A stretch of 63,900 bases of DNA, the filler included, from Octopus bimaculoides (taxonomy: Eukaryota), in assembly GCF_001194135.2 (NCBI RefSeq). It is 6 parts of 6 records of this genome, joined end to end, with 100 filler letters (N's around TTAATTAATTAA, not from the genome) between each part and the next. Parts side by side here need not be neighbours in the genome. Positions count along the whole stretch, not along the records: positions 1 to 18,522 come from NC_068987.1; 5 more parts are not named here. One strand, 5' to 3'. The notes beneath the pieces were generated by a model, which was not told the DNA's origin, searched no databases, and saw only the letters and a program-made list of their open reading frames with translations. Positions 1 to 10,802 of the stretch are shown piece after piece. Every line of letters starts with the position of its first letter. Positions within the stretch are counted from its first letter, which is position 1. The position numbers and the translations under genes are program-made.

Positions 1-82
1 CCTTTGCTTGGTCGGATACTGAGAGTGTTCGTTTTTGGTAAGGTGAGAATTCTGTTTATTTGCATAAGTTTTCCCATACAAT

Positions 83-143
83 ACTATGCTGATGAGCGGA
101 GTCTAGATTATTCTAGTAATCGCGAAATCGGTCGATACATAGT
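83..143 (+). ncRNA. Type I hammerhead ribozyme motif, canonical core
   Basis: Stem I ACTATG(83-88)/CATAGT(138-143). Core CTGATGA 89-95. Stem II GCG..CGC with inner CTAGA/TCTAG hairpin. GAA 124-126. Stem III ATCG-gt-CGAT 127-136. Cleavage triplet ATA, cut after 137. Confidence 0.8.
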
Positions 144-269
144 TGAGTTATTTAAAAGAAAGTTGGTCTTCTTCTGTTGGTTGTTTTTCCTCGCATTCGG
201 TACTAAATGTGTTTATTTTGGGAAGTCCAGTGTGTGGCATTATTCTGTAGTAATGCCCCTTATATAAAT

Positions 270-308
<39 letters not shown>

Positions 309-309
309 T

Positions 310-537
310 CCTTTTAGTCTTTTGTTTCAGTCATTTGACTGGGGCCATGCTGGAGCACCGCTTTGAAGAGCTTTAGTCGAACAAATCGACCCCAGGACTT
401 ATTTTGCAAGCCTAGTACTTATTCTATCAGTCACTTTTGCTGAACCACTAAGTTATTTACAAGGACGTTAACACACCAGCACTGATTGTCAAGCGGTGAT
501 GGGGGACAAACACAGACACAAAAACACACACACACAT
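310..537 (-). mobile_element. tRNA-derived SINE family A, 3' half only
   Basis: Matches the tail block (gtttcagtcatttgactg..ccatgctggagcacc..gtcgaacaaatcgacccc..agtacttattctatc) found in many copies in this window. Confidence 0.85.
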
Positions 538-1629
538 AGATATATATGTATGTATATATATATAAGCGATTTTACATTAAACTGAAAGATTAATCAATAC
601 ATTTTGTGGAGTACATATAATACTCTACAAGACTGGTAGGTGACAGTGACTTAGGTGATGGGTAGCAGATTGAAACTTCGAAGTCACTGTCACCACTCTT
701 GTAAAGATATTATATACCTATATATGTATATATACTCGTATAGTATGTGTGTCTATGAACGTGTGTGCGTGTATGTGTGTATATGTATGTGTGTGTGTGA
801 TATTTCTTTCAATGCAGGGCAGGAAAGAAAGAAAGAAAGAAAGAAAGAAAGAAATTAAGAGCTATAAACTTTTACATCATGACTTATATCCGTTTACTTT
901 TCGATATTCGCTGAGTATCTGTAGAAGTATATATGCGTGATCGTGTGTAAGCATTTGTGTGTATCTAAATATGTATACATATGGTAGTGTCTGTGTATGT
1001 GCATGTGTGTGTGTTTGTGTATATGTGTATTTGATTGTGAATAGTTTGTTGTTTTTTTCCCCAAATTTGAAATTTAGTCAGACAAATTTTCAAGTGAATA
1101 TCGGTTTTTGCAGCATAATTTCCGAACACACCAGAATTGAAAAGGAAAAGGTTTTCATGTTTAATGTTACGTCATAATTACTTTTTGCGAATTTATATAT
1201 GTATTTATGCATGTATCAGTGTGTATATATGTGTGTTATTGTGCGTGTGTGAGACGAATTTCTTTATTTTATTCTCTCCATCCTTCCTGCCAACATTTCC
1301 TCCTCTTGTTTTTCAATCTTTCGTCGCTGATGCCTACTCTGTTCTTTCCTACGTCTCCTTTCAACCTACTATTCCACTTTAGCGTAGTAGGAAAAAATTA
1401 GATACATATGCACATAAATATACAACGAAGTTTTATTATAGTGGATATTAATCATTGTGTCTGTCTTCATAAAACAGTATCGTTATCATAAATATATGTC
1501 ATATGTACATATGTGTATGTATAGACACACACGCTCGCGCAAATATGTGTGTGTGTATGTGTACATGTGTATGTATATTTATAGTCAACCGATGAGATCT
1601 AGAGATTCTCGATATAGAAAACACTTAGT

Positions 1630-1782
1630 AGCGCTCAAATGTTTCGAACTTAGACTCCGATGTCTTTACGAGAGACCAATTCCACTGCCGCCATATCTGC
1701 TCACCTGGATTCCTCTTATAGCCATTCTTTACCCTGCAGAATTAGTCCCGCGTAAAGACTAAGTTCGAATCATTTGTGCGCT
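1630..1782. repeat. Inverted repeat, about 32-bp arms with 80-bp spacer
   Basis: AGCGCTCAAATGTTTCGAACTTAG[9-nt insert]TCTTTACG (1630-1670) versus CGTAAAGACTAAGTTCGAATCATTTGTGCGCT (1751-1782). Confidence 0.7.
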
Positions 1783-1899
1783 CTCTATGTATATTATGTA
1801 TGTATGTATGTATATATCAATATACACATGTAAATATCGTGTGTGTGTGTGTGTGTTATACATATAATACACTGTAATGTTTATAGGGATAAGGGTGGT

Positions 1900-1995
1900 G
1901 ACCTTGCAGAATCGTTAGCAAGCTGGATATTTAGTCTGTCTTTACGTTCGACTTTGTCTTTCATCCTCTCGCTGTCGATAGAATAAGTACTAGTT
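1900..1995 (+). mobile_element. SINE family C, internally deleted fragment
   Basis: gcagaatcgttagc..gtctgtctttacgtt..cgactttgtctttcatcct..gtcgatagaataagtac is the reverse complement of parts of the 35036-35250 copy. Confidence 0.6.
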
Positions 1996-2334
1996 GAGCA
2001 CAGAGATCCATGTAACAGACTTAACCCTCCCCCAAAATTGCTGGCCTTGTGCCAAAATTTGAAACCAATATTTATAAAAACAACTGTATAAAGGTCTGAA
2101 TGCAAAAGATATAGGAACATTAATTTATATCAATAAAGTTGAAAAACAGAAAGTACAAGATTACCATTTATCATAATAAAAAATATTTGTAAAATAAATT
2201 GCTTATATAAACCAGAATTGGAAAGTGGTAGGAAGGAATCATGTATGAGAGGAGGTGGATGTATGGAGAAGCAGGTGAGAACCAGTGTAGTTTACTATGT
2301 TGTGAAACAAGACAGCTTAGAATATAGACTTCAA

Positions 2335-2420
2335 ATTTTGTCACAAGGCCATTAATTTCGGGGGAAGGGGAAGTCGAATACATCGATCCCCCAGAGTTCA
2401 ACTGGTACTTATTTTATCGA
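2335..2420 (-). mobile_element. SINE family C, 3' fragment
   Basis: cacaaggcc..aatttcgggggaagggg..gtcgaatacatcgatcccc..caactggtacttattttatcga matches the 35040-35130 segment. Confidence 0.65.
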
Positions 2421-2433
2421 TAATTTTCTTTGC

Positions 2434-2483
<50 letters not shown>

Positions 2484-2485
<2 letters not shown>

Positions 2486-3056
2486 TTGCCCGGATGCAGT
2501 ACCAGGCAGTGGCTCTCATGGCTTCTGATCTTAGTGTTATCATGTACATTGTTTTGTCTTGGTATAAAAAAATGGGCTACAGAAAATATTCTGCTCAACA
2601 CTACAGATTTGCTTGTCAGTTGCTTGACTTTAAGTTGAGCATGTCCCTTGATGGCTGACGATATGTGCATCTCTGATCACGAGCAGAAATAGTGGGGGAG
2701 CATCATAGCCATGTGTTGAGAGGAATTCTTTGGGGTTTGAATAATTCACCTTTGGAAACATGGGTGTTTTGTTCAACAGCCTTAAACAAACCTTATTCAT
2801 GGACCTTTTGAGAAGGATGGGCTACTCGACCTGAAAAAAATTCTAACTGGGCCCCACCTCCAAGGTCATGCGCCGTTTATCTTGATATGAGATCACCATG
2901 TCGCGCACACATGGTTGTGATGCATGTGCCTGGTGTACCCTTATCAGACGGGTAGTCATGATGGGTATAATGGGCTTCGTATATTTTACCCAAGTGTTAC
3001 TTTGATGGTATGCACTGCTCTCTCACTTAATAATAATAATAATAATAATAATAATA
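2484..3056 (+). mobile_element. Non-coding retroelement-like unit with (TAA)n tail, inserted in an (AAT)n array
   Basis: About 540 bp of mixed-base sequence flanked by (AAT)n at 2434-2483 and (TAA)n at 3028-3056. No ORF. The simple-repeat tail is typical of non-LTR 3' ends. Confidence 0.5.
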
Positions 3057-3845
3057 GTGGAAGCTACAAAAACAATAACAACAATGAAAATAAAAATGAA
3101 ACCTGCAAGTTGATTATATATAAATATATAAATAAATAGACATAAATGAAGATGAAATAGAATTTGTATGAGTGTATAAGGACACTCATATATTACAGAT
3201 ACATAAATTACATAATAAATCATAGATGTATACTAATAAGCAGTGATAATTAGAGTGCCTGTCTTTGGGATTTTGTCAGAAAGCGTTGGGGAAATGTCAT
3301 TTTTCTGAGATATATTGTATGATCAACAGTTAGGCCGTGTTTTAATTTTGATGAAACATCAAGCACAGTTGAGCCAGTCACGTTTTTTTTTTTTTTTTTT
3401 TTGATAACCATCATATTTCCTTATTTTGGTTATGAAAGGAATTAATTTTAAAATGATGCATTGTTTTAATGTTTACATTTGTGTAGAAAATGAAATTTAA
3501 GATATAAAAACCCAATTTGCGAAGTTGGTATTTAGACATTGGACGTTAAATTTCGAGTAACAGATTCAATTCCTGAGCCAGTGTTTTAGTGAAATGGATT
3601 ATAACTCAGTACATATATAATTTTGATATGATATATTATTGGTTAAACTGACTATTTGGGATAAATAATTTAGTGTGAACTCACAAAGCAGCGAGGCTCA
3701 AAATAACGATACGTGCATTTTATTTTTGTGACAATCTTGTACACAAGAACATAGGCTTAGTCTGAAAACATATTGAGGCGAGCTAAAAGTGACGTTAACG
3801 AAACTGGGTTTCATATGTTTTTTCACACAAAACCTTATTCTTTTA

Positions 3846-4055
3846 TTCTTTTACTTGTTTCAGACATTTGACTGCGGCCATGCTGGAGCACTGCCTTTAG
3901 TCGAACAAATCGACCCAGGACTTATTCTTTGTAAGCCTAGTACTTATTCTATCGGTTCCTTTTTGCCGAACCGCTAAGTTACGGGGGCGTAAACACACCA
4001 GCATCGGTTGTCAAGCGATGGGGGGGGGGGACAAACGCAGACAGAAATAACAAAT

Positions 4056-4101
<46 letters not shown>

Positions 4102-4265
4102 GACGGGCTTCTTTCAATTTCCATCTCCCACATCCACTCACAAAGCTTTGGTCGGCCCGAGGCTATAGTAGGAGACATTTGTCCAAGGTGTCACACAGTG
4201 GAACTAAACCCAGAACCATGCGGTTGGGAAGCAAGCTTCTAACCACACAGCCACTCCTGCGCCTA
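3846..4265 (-). mobile_element. tRNA-derived SINE family A, full length with internal (TA)n
   Basis: Minus-strand head has A-box-like TGGCTGTGTGGTTAG and B-box-like GGTTCTGGGTTTAGTTCC, then a CORE-like ACCTTGGACAAATG block. Internal TA microsatellite at about 4055-4100, then the tail. Confidence 0.9.
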
Positions 4266-4374
4266 TAGCGAGATTTGTCTCCTCCGAGACAAGATAAAGT
4301 TCCGTAATGAATGCCTTTCAATTTTCAGTGTACAGGATCGTCTTAAAAGTAAAAACATACGTCTTAATCATTTT

Positions 4375-4560
4375 TCACGGCACAAGGCCAGCAATTTTAG
4401 GGGAGGGAAGTTTAGGCGATTACATCGACCCCAGTTTTTGGTAGGCGCTTTATTTTATCGACCCCGAAAGGATGAAAGGTGAAGTTGTCCTTGACGGTAT
4501 TTGAACTCAGGACGTAAACAACCGGAAGAAATGGTGCTAACGATTCTGCTAGCTCGCCTT
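4375..4560 (-). mobile_element. SINE family C, diverged
   Basis: gcacaaggcc..atcgaccccag..tttatcgaccccgaaaggatgaaagg..atttgaactcag..gctaacgattctgctagctcgcc aligns with 35040-35250. Confidence 0.8.
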
Positions 4561-5899
4561 TATTTTTGCTTAACTCGAAGTTAAACAAGACTTGAAGTAG
4601 ATAATACTATAAATAATAGAGTATAGAGTTTTTTAAAAATCTCTTGGGTGGAAAAAGTTGAAGGTTTCTGTAAACATAACAGACGTTCTACCATTATACC
4701 AAAGAAATCTTTCGAATTGTTTCATCCATTTTAGAAGCTTCGCTGCCATCATCGAGAATTGTATATTGTTTACGTCATAAGGCTTTAGAAACTATGAGAG
4801 ATGTGAAATAAATCGGGTGTGAGTTGCGGTATTTTAGCTTCAAAAATAGATTCGAAAGAATGCTGTGGTATAATGGTAGAACTTATACCTTGTCTACAGA
4901 AGATATGGGTTCGATACACTCGGACATCTTTCGACTTTTTCCACCAAAGAGAATTCTTTTTAACCCAATACTCTACACGGTATTATTTATCTACTTCATT
5001 TTATCTACTTTGAGTTCTTAAGATAAACAAGAAATTAGAATAAAGAATAAAAACGAATTATTTCATTCCTCTCGGAGTTTCTAAATTTTTACGACGTAAA
5101 CAGTGCACATTTTTATTTAACAATGAAGAATATTTAATTTCGTTCAAGGATATATTATATTAAGGACTGGATGCACGCTATGCGTTCGACTTTTCGTTTC
5201 AGAATTTTAAATTAGTTTAATACATTGTGCGTAGTTCGCCAAGGAACGCTACATTCGAAGCGGATTTGATTTGTTAAATTCATTTATAAAGTACGAAGAT
5301 TCGAAACCGACACGTTGAATTGATATGAATGTGACTGATGTTAAGATAATGCATTACACTTAAATTTGAGATCGATATATTCTTAAAAGCGATCGATTTT
5401 AAACAAATACCTTAAGAATTCAATTTATAGTAGGGGGTTCAAAGTCCTGCTCAGTAATCTACTTGATTGAAATCTATACATGTACAGTTATATTTTAAGA
5501 TAACAAAATCATATATTGCATTAAATATTGATAAAATTAAATAAAATAATGTTAAGAATAATATAAGAATTAGAAATTAAAATTATTACAGATAGATAGA
5601 TAGATAGACATAATATTATATTAACTATAGGGTGGATAATCATGGATGTTTGGATGATTGTATTCTATGTTGCCATCCGTGTACATAAAACATTGCATAT
5701 CGGAAACCTTCCTCGGAACAATTACAGCTTGTATATTAAATAATTCAATAAATGTATAACTATATAAGGTTATTCTCAAGAGGAGGGAAACAAACATTCA
5801 TAGTTTATAATATTCTTCGTTATCTTATAAATGGTTTCAAATATTTTAGTGTTTATGTGGTTGTTTATAGATAGTTAAAGATTAGTTCAGAATTTACTG

Positions 5900-7750
5900 T
5901 TGAGAAGAGAAAGATATGAAAGCAATATTTCACGTGACTCAGATAAGCAGAGTGAAATAGGTTTGTTTGAACGTTTGCATGGTTGATGAAAGAAACAAAA
6001 TTTTCAATTGTTATAGTTTACGACCATATTTTAAGGGCGTATCAGTATTTTTAATTTAGGTCCAGAAAATGTTTTCGTGCTGTATATCTCTCGAAAGAAT
6101 TATTGATTTATCAAATGCAGGGTTTTTATATTGTGTCCATATCAACTGTTATGCAATAAATTTTTTGGAGGGGAATCTACGATGTTATGAAGATTCTGTT
6201 GGAGGCATGCATTTTCAAGGTCGTGTATTTAATATGACCAAGTAACAGAATCATTAAAGTATGGAGAAGCCAACTTTGCCTTAAATCAGTAAATATAAGT
6301 CCTATACTGGAGTCGATGCTTCTCTTTCTGTTTGTTATCTCACGCTTTTTTGTTTTTTGTTTGTTTTTGTGGGAAATCGGCTATGCTCAGACCCAGAGAG
6401 GGATGGGCTCGACCAAGTCTAAAAAGACGTAAGGCATACTGTGTCTGAATGTCTGTTTGACTGAAAGTCCGTGGCATGACATTGCAGTTTTTAGTCAATA
6501 GAGGAATCTAAGAGTTCTTGTTTGATCCATATTCGATGATATTCACAAAACAAATTGAGTGGTTAGGAAATTTTTACAGTACAAGAGTGCTATAAAAATT
6601 TGATATTTTTCTGGTTGAGAGGAAGTTTTATCATTCTACACACTAAATAAAACATATGATCCTATACCAATAATAAGCAGTTAAGCACTTTAAAGAATAT
6701 TTTAGCCACAATTGTGGTAACCCTTTGATTAAAAGAATTATACCAAGTAATGTTTTAAGATGATTAGAAAGTCTCTGGCGGTAGCGTAACGATATGCCTG
6801 GTTTTCCGAATGGGGAGAATTGCGAGTTTTATAGGTTGAAAGCAAAATCAAGATAGTTTACTATCTTGGGGTTACGTTAGAGTACTATTTTTAAGTTTAA
6901 TTCAGTAAAAATGATGTCAGGATCTTTCTCTAATTAGTATGTTTTATGGATCTTTCGTGAATTAGAACGTTTATAAGAAATATGTCGCTTTTGACTAGCC
7001 ATCAATGATCTATATCACTTCACCATTTAAGGATCCTCCTTTGTTTCCCACCTCAACCAAATCCTTTGCTTTCCATGCAAAGATCAAACGGAACACTCGA
7101 GGATTTTTTTTATCGATATACTATTGTCATAGGATAAAGTTTACCCTGACGTATAGAATGAGAGTAATTTCCGAATTATCGATGCATGAAAATGTTTTTG
7201 CAAAATTCAATGCATCCATTAATGGGTTCCCAAATGAATGGCGATAAAATTCTGTATATCAAATTGTGTAAATTTCTCTGTTCTGCATGAATTTAAGCCA
7301 TGCGATAATCGCATTTTCCGGTCCGAGGGGGGGTAATACCTTCATTCGGGGAATTATCTTATCGATGTTGGACTTTTTGAATATCTCAATGATTCAATAT
7401 TAGTTTTGCCTGTGTAGATAAGTTTCGTTGCTAAGCTTCAAAGCAAATTTAGTTTATGATAAAGTTACAGACAGATTTTCAAAGGATTCTATTCCGTCAC
7501 TTATTTCTAGCTTAAATATTAGGGCTTTTCTTTTATGTTTCGGCGGTAATATCGAGCTAAGTTAAGCCAGTCTTGTCGTAATTGTTATTAATTATACGGG
7601 AAAGAAATTTATGGAAACTCAAGTAAAGGATTTCATAAATATTCTTTAATTTACGCGAAGGTACAAATACACATTTAAAAGTTTGGAACATGCTGAGTTT
7701 TGAATACAAGGTTTCCTGAACTTGGTTTACGCTTTTTTTTTAATCTTGAT
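5900..7750 (-). pseudogene. Decayed Penelope-like element, RT plus GIY-YIG region
   Basis: Manual minus-strand translation with stops and frameshifts gives NAIIAWLKFMQNRE / FDIQNF / LMDALNFAKTFSCIDNSEITLILYVR (about 7130-7320) and DIIFTELNLKIVL*RNPKIVNYLDFAFNL*NSQFSPFGKPGISLRYRQRLSNH (about 6760-6920). VKIS, KNCN and LGLS..F follow downstream. These match PLE RT motifs FDIxxFYPSI and VNFLDxTxNL..PYRKP..Y....SNHP. Boundaries are approximate. Confidence 0.7.
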
Positions 7751-7960
7751 ATTCTTAAGCATTTGAAGTAAATTATTTCCAAATCGCATTTGAAATATCT
7801 ATTTGTGTGTGCTTACAGAGAGAAGGAGCTCCAGCAGTTTCTGCGAAGAACAATGAATCTCTGATGTTTATTTCACCTATATCTATAATAAATGATATAT
7901 ATATAATACATCTGAGCTATATATGATACAATATAAAATATTATATATATAATATAATAT

Positions 7961-7997
<37 letters not shown>

Positions 7998-8196
7998 GAT
8001 GTATGTTATATATAATTACACAAAAACATATATATATATATATATGTATATATATATGTGTGTATATAATTATAATAATATTAGAGATAAAAATCCAAAT
8101 TTACAGGTAAAAAACTCAATTAAATTCAATTTATCAAAAATTAAAATTAAATTAAGTTTCACAGTATATAATATATAAATATATAATTTAGAGAAA

Positions 8197-8440
8197 AGAA
8201 CCAAAGTTCATGAACTCATCCATGAAAATCCACAGTCACATATAGAAAAAATATTTTTGAATAGAATTGATTTTCGATCGATTCAATCGATTTGATCATA
8301 TTTTATTTTCTATTTGAAAACTTGGTTATGAAACACGTGTAGTCGTTTTATTATTATTTTATGATTTTTACTTTGTATTTTATTATACTTATTATAGTGT
8401 GTTTACTTATTAATTGGATGTGTTCATGAACTTTGTTTCT
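8197..8440. repeat. 26-bp inverted repeat pair bounding an AT-rich spacer
   Basis: AGAACCAAAGTTCATGAACTCATCCA (8197-8222) versus TGGATGTGTTCATGAACTTTGTTTCT (8415-8440), 24/26 complementary. The right arm abuts a gap. Confidence 0.7.
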
Positions 8441-8783
8441 TNNNNNNNNNNNNNNNNNNNNNNNNNNNNNNNNNNNNNNNNNNNNNNNNNNNNNNNNNNN
8501 NNNNNNNNNNNNNNNNNNNNNNNNNNNNNNNNNNNNNNNNNNNNNNNNNNNNNNNNNNNNNNNNNNNNNNNNNNNNNNNNNNNNNNNNNNNNNNNNNNNN
8601 NNNNNNNNNNNNNNNNNNNNNNNNNNNNNNNNNNNNNNNNNNNNNNNNNNNNNNNNNNNNNNNNNNNNNNNNNNNNNNNNNNNNNNNNNNNNNNNNNNNN
8701 NNNNNNNNNNNNNNNNNNNNNNNNNNNNNNNNNNNNNNNNNNNNNNNNNNNNNNNNNNNNNNNNNNNNNNNNNNNNNNNNNNN

Positions 8784-9150
8784 TATATAAGCTTTGTAGT
8801 GTTAAGTACAGGTTGTCACAAAAGTATTAAAATACATATATACATTCTCTGATAATAATAAGAAAATGTTAAAAACAGTTTAAGTATTAAAATACATATA
8901 TAAAAATACATATATATATTCTTTGATAATAATAGAAAAGGTTTAGAAAACAGTTTAAGTATTAAAATACATATATACATTCTTTGATAATAATAAGAAG
9001 AATATGTTTAAAATATAAAGCTTTGTATAAGCTTTGTAGTGTTAAGGACTGGTTGTCACAAAAATATTAAAATACAAATATACATTCTCTGATAATAATA
9101 ATAATAATAATAAAATGTTAAAAACAGTTTAAGTATTAAAATACATATAT
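8784..9150. repeat. AT-rich local tandem duplication, about 240-bp period with about 60-bp sub-repeats
   Basis: tataagctttgtagtgttaag..ggttgtcacaaaa..ttaaaatac occurs at about 8787 and 9027. aaacagtttaagtattaaaatacatata occurs three times. Confidence 0.75.
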
Positions 9151-9521
9151 TTTTCTTAAAGGTAGCGAACGCTAGAGGTATATTGTCTTTGACAAGAGAA
9201 AAGACAGAATATATGCCAAGATATAAATGATGGTCATTACACACATTTCCTTTATTAGAGTAAATTTGGGTTTCGGTTGTTTCCAGTAGTCATTATAGGT
9301 ACGCTATTGATAGGTTTATTCAGTTGTTCTATTGATCAGTTGAGAAAAATCGAACGATCAAATCAATGCTTCTTAAATCAGAGTCATTTTCAGTTCATTA
9401 ATTCTCTTACCATTTCTTACGTACACACAATCTCCTGTATGAACACTATCTTGTCTGCAAGCGGTTATCTATCTAGGTAGTCAAATAGACAGACATACGG
9501 TTATCTATCTAGGTAGTTAAA

Positions 9522-9624
9522 TAGACAGACAGACAAACAGGCAGGCAGACAGACAGGCAAACAAGAAGGCAGACTGGAAGACAGACAGGCAAACAAGCAG
9601 GAAGACAGGCAGACAGACAGACAA

Positions 9625-9672
<48 letters not shown>

Positions 9673-9900
9673 GGTACACAACTTAATTGGAAGGTTGGAA
9701 AGTAGGTATGAGAATAGGTATATGTGTAAATGGGCGGGCTGGTCGATAAGTAGTTCGTAAGTAGGTCGATAGGTGGACATGAAGGTTAGTGCCTATGTAG
9801 GTATGTATGAAAGTAAGTAACTCGTAAGTGATAAGAAAGGGGGTATGTATATAGGTAGGTAAGTAGGTAGGTAGGTAGGTAGGTAGGTAGGTAGGTAGGT
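9522..9900. repeat. Compound tetranucleotide microsatellites (AGAC/AGGC/AGAT/AGGT)
   Basis: Direct reading. Confidence 0.9.
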
Positions 9901-10138
9901 TTAGATCATCGAGTCAAAAGCAACTCTTCGTGAATCCGTAGTCGATACATCAATAGGATTGTTCCAGAGAAACCACACTATAGTCGTGTCTTTCAGTCAT
10001 CGCCATTCTCATATTTGTTGCTTGATCGAACAGATCACTGATCAGAAGTATACCAACCGTGGACATCGTGTCTTTCCCTTAATGTATCTAGGACAACTTT
10101 TTCTAATGTGTTCTTCCTGCTTTAAACATATTGTTGTG

Positions 10139-10470
10139 TGAAGGCGCATGGCTCAGTGGTTAGAACGTCAACCTCATAATCATGAGGTAGCAGGTTCGCT
10201 TCCCACACTGGGTTGTGTTTTGTGTTCATGAGCAAGACACTTTATTTTCACGTTTCTCCAGTTCACTCAGCTGTAGAAATGAGTTGCCAGGCTGTGTCAG
10301 CCTTTCCCTTGGATAACATCGATGGTTTGGAGAGGAGAGGCTGGTATGCATGGGCGACTGCTGGTCTTCCATAAACAATCTTGCCAGGACTTGTACCTTG
10401 GAGGGTAAATTTCTAGGTGAAATCCCATGGTCATTCATGACCGAAGAAGATCATTACTCCTTTACCCTTT
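10139..10470 (+). mobile_element. tRNA-derived CORE-like SINE family B, full length
   Basis: A-box TGGCTCAGTGGTTAG, B-box-like GGTTCGCTTCCC, then TGTGTTCATGAGCAAGACACTTTATTTTCACGTTTCTCCAGTTCACTCAGCTG. A reverse copy lies at 57208-57540. Confidence 0.85.
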
Positions 10471-10756
10471 CTGTGATATTATGGACGCTCATCTGCTGGT
10501 TTTAGCAGCTCGAGTAATCCCATAGACGTCTCCTATGTTATGTAGTGTGTATAAGTGCGTGTGTATGCATAGAAGAGAGAAAGTTACCTTTGAGTTTTTG
10601 TTTTATTTTAACGATTGGCAGTTTACTTGCCAGATATTTTTGACCCTATGACCTGAATATCCAATTATGGCGTCCTATTCTCTTCTCGAAATATTGTGCT
10701 CATGCGTACGCGTCCGTCGTGAGTGTGCGAATATGTACGTGTCAATGCGCATGTGG

Positions 10757-10802
<46 letters not shown>

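Noticed and set aside
2655-2690. CTGACGA..GAAA hammerhead-like words
   Set aside because: No stem II or stem III pairing can be formed.
10141-10215. tRNA-like sequence with A and B boxes
   Set aside because: No complete cloverleaf, and it continues into a SINE body. All tRNA-like heads in the window are SINE heads, so no tRNA gene is called.
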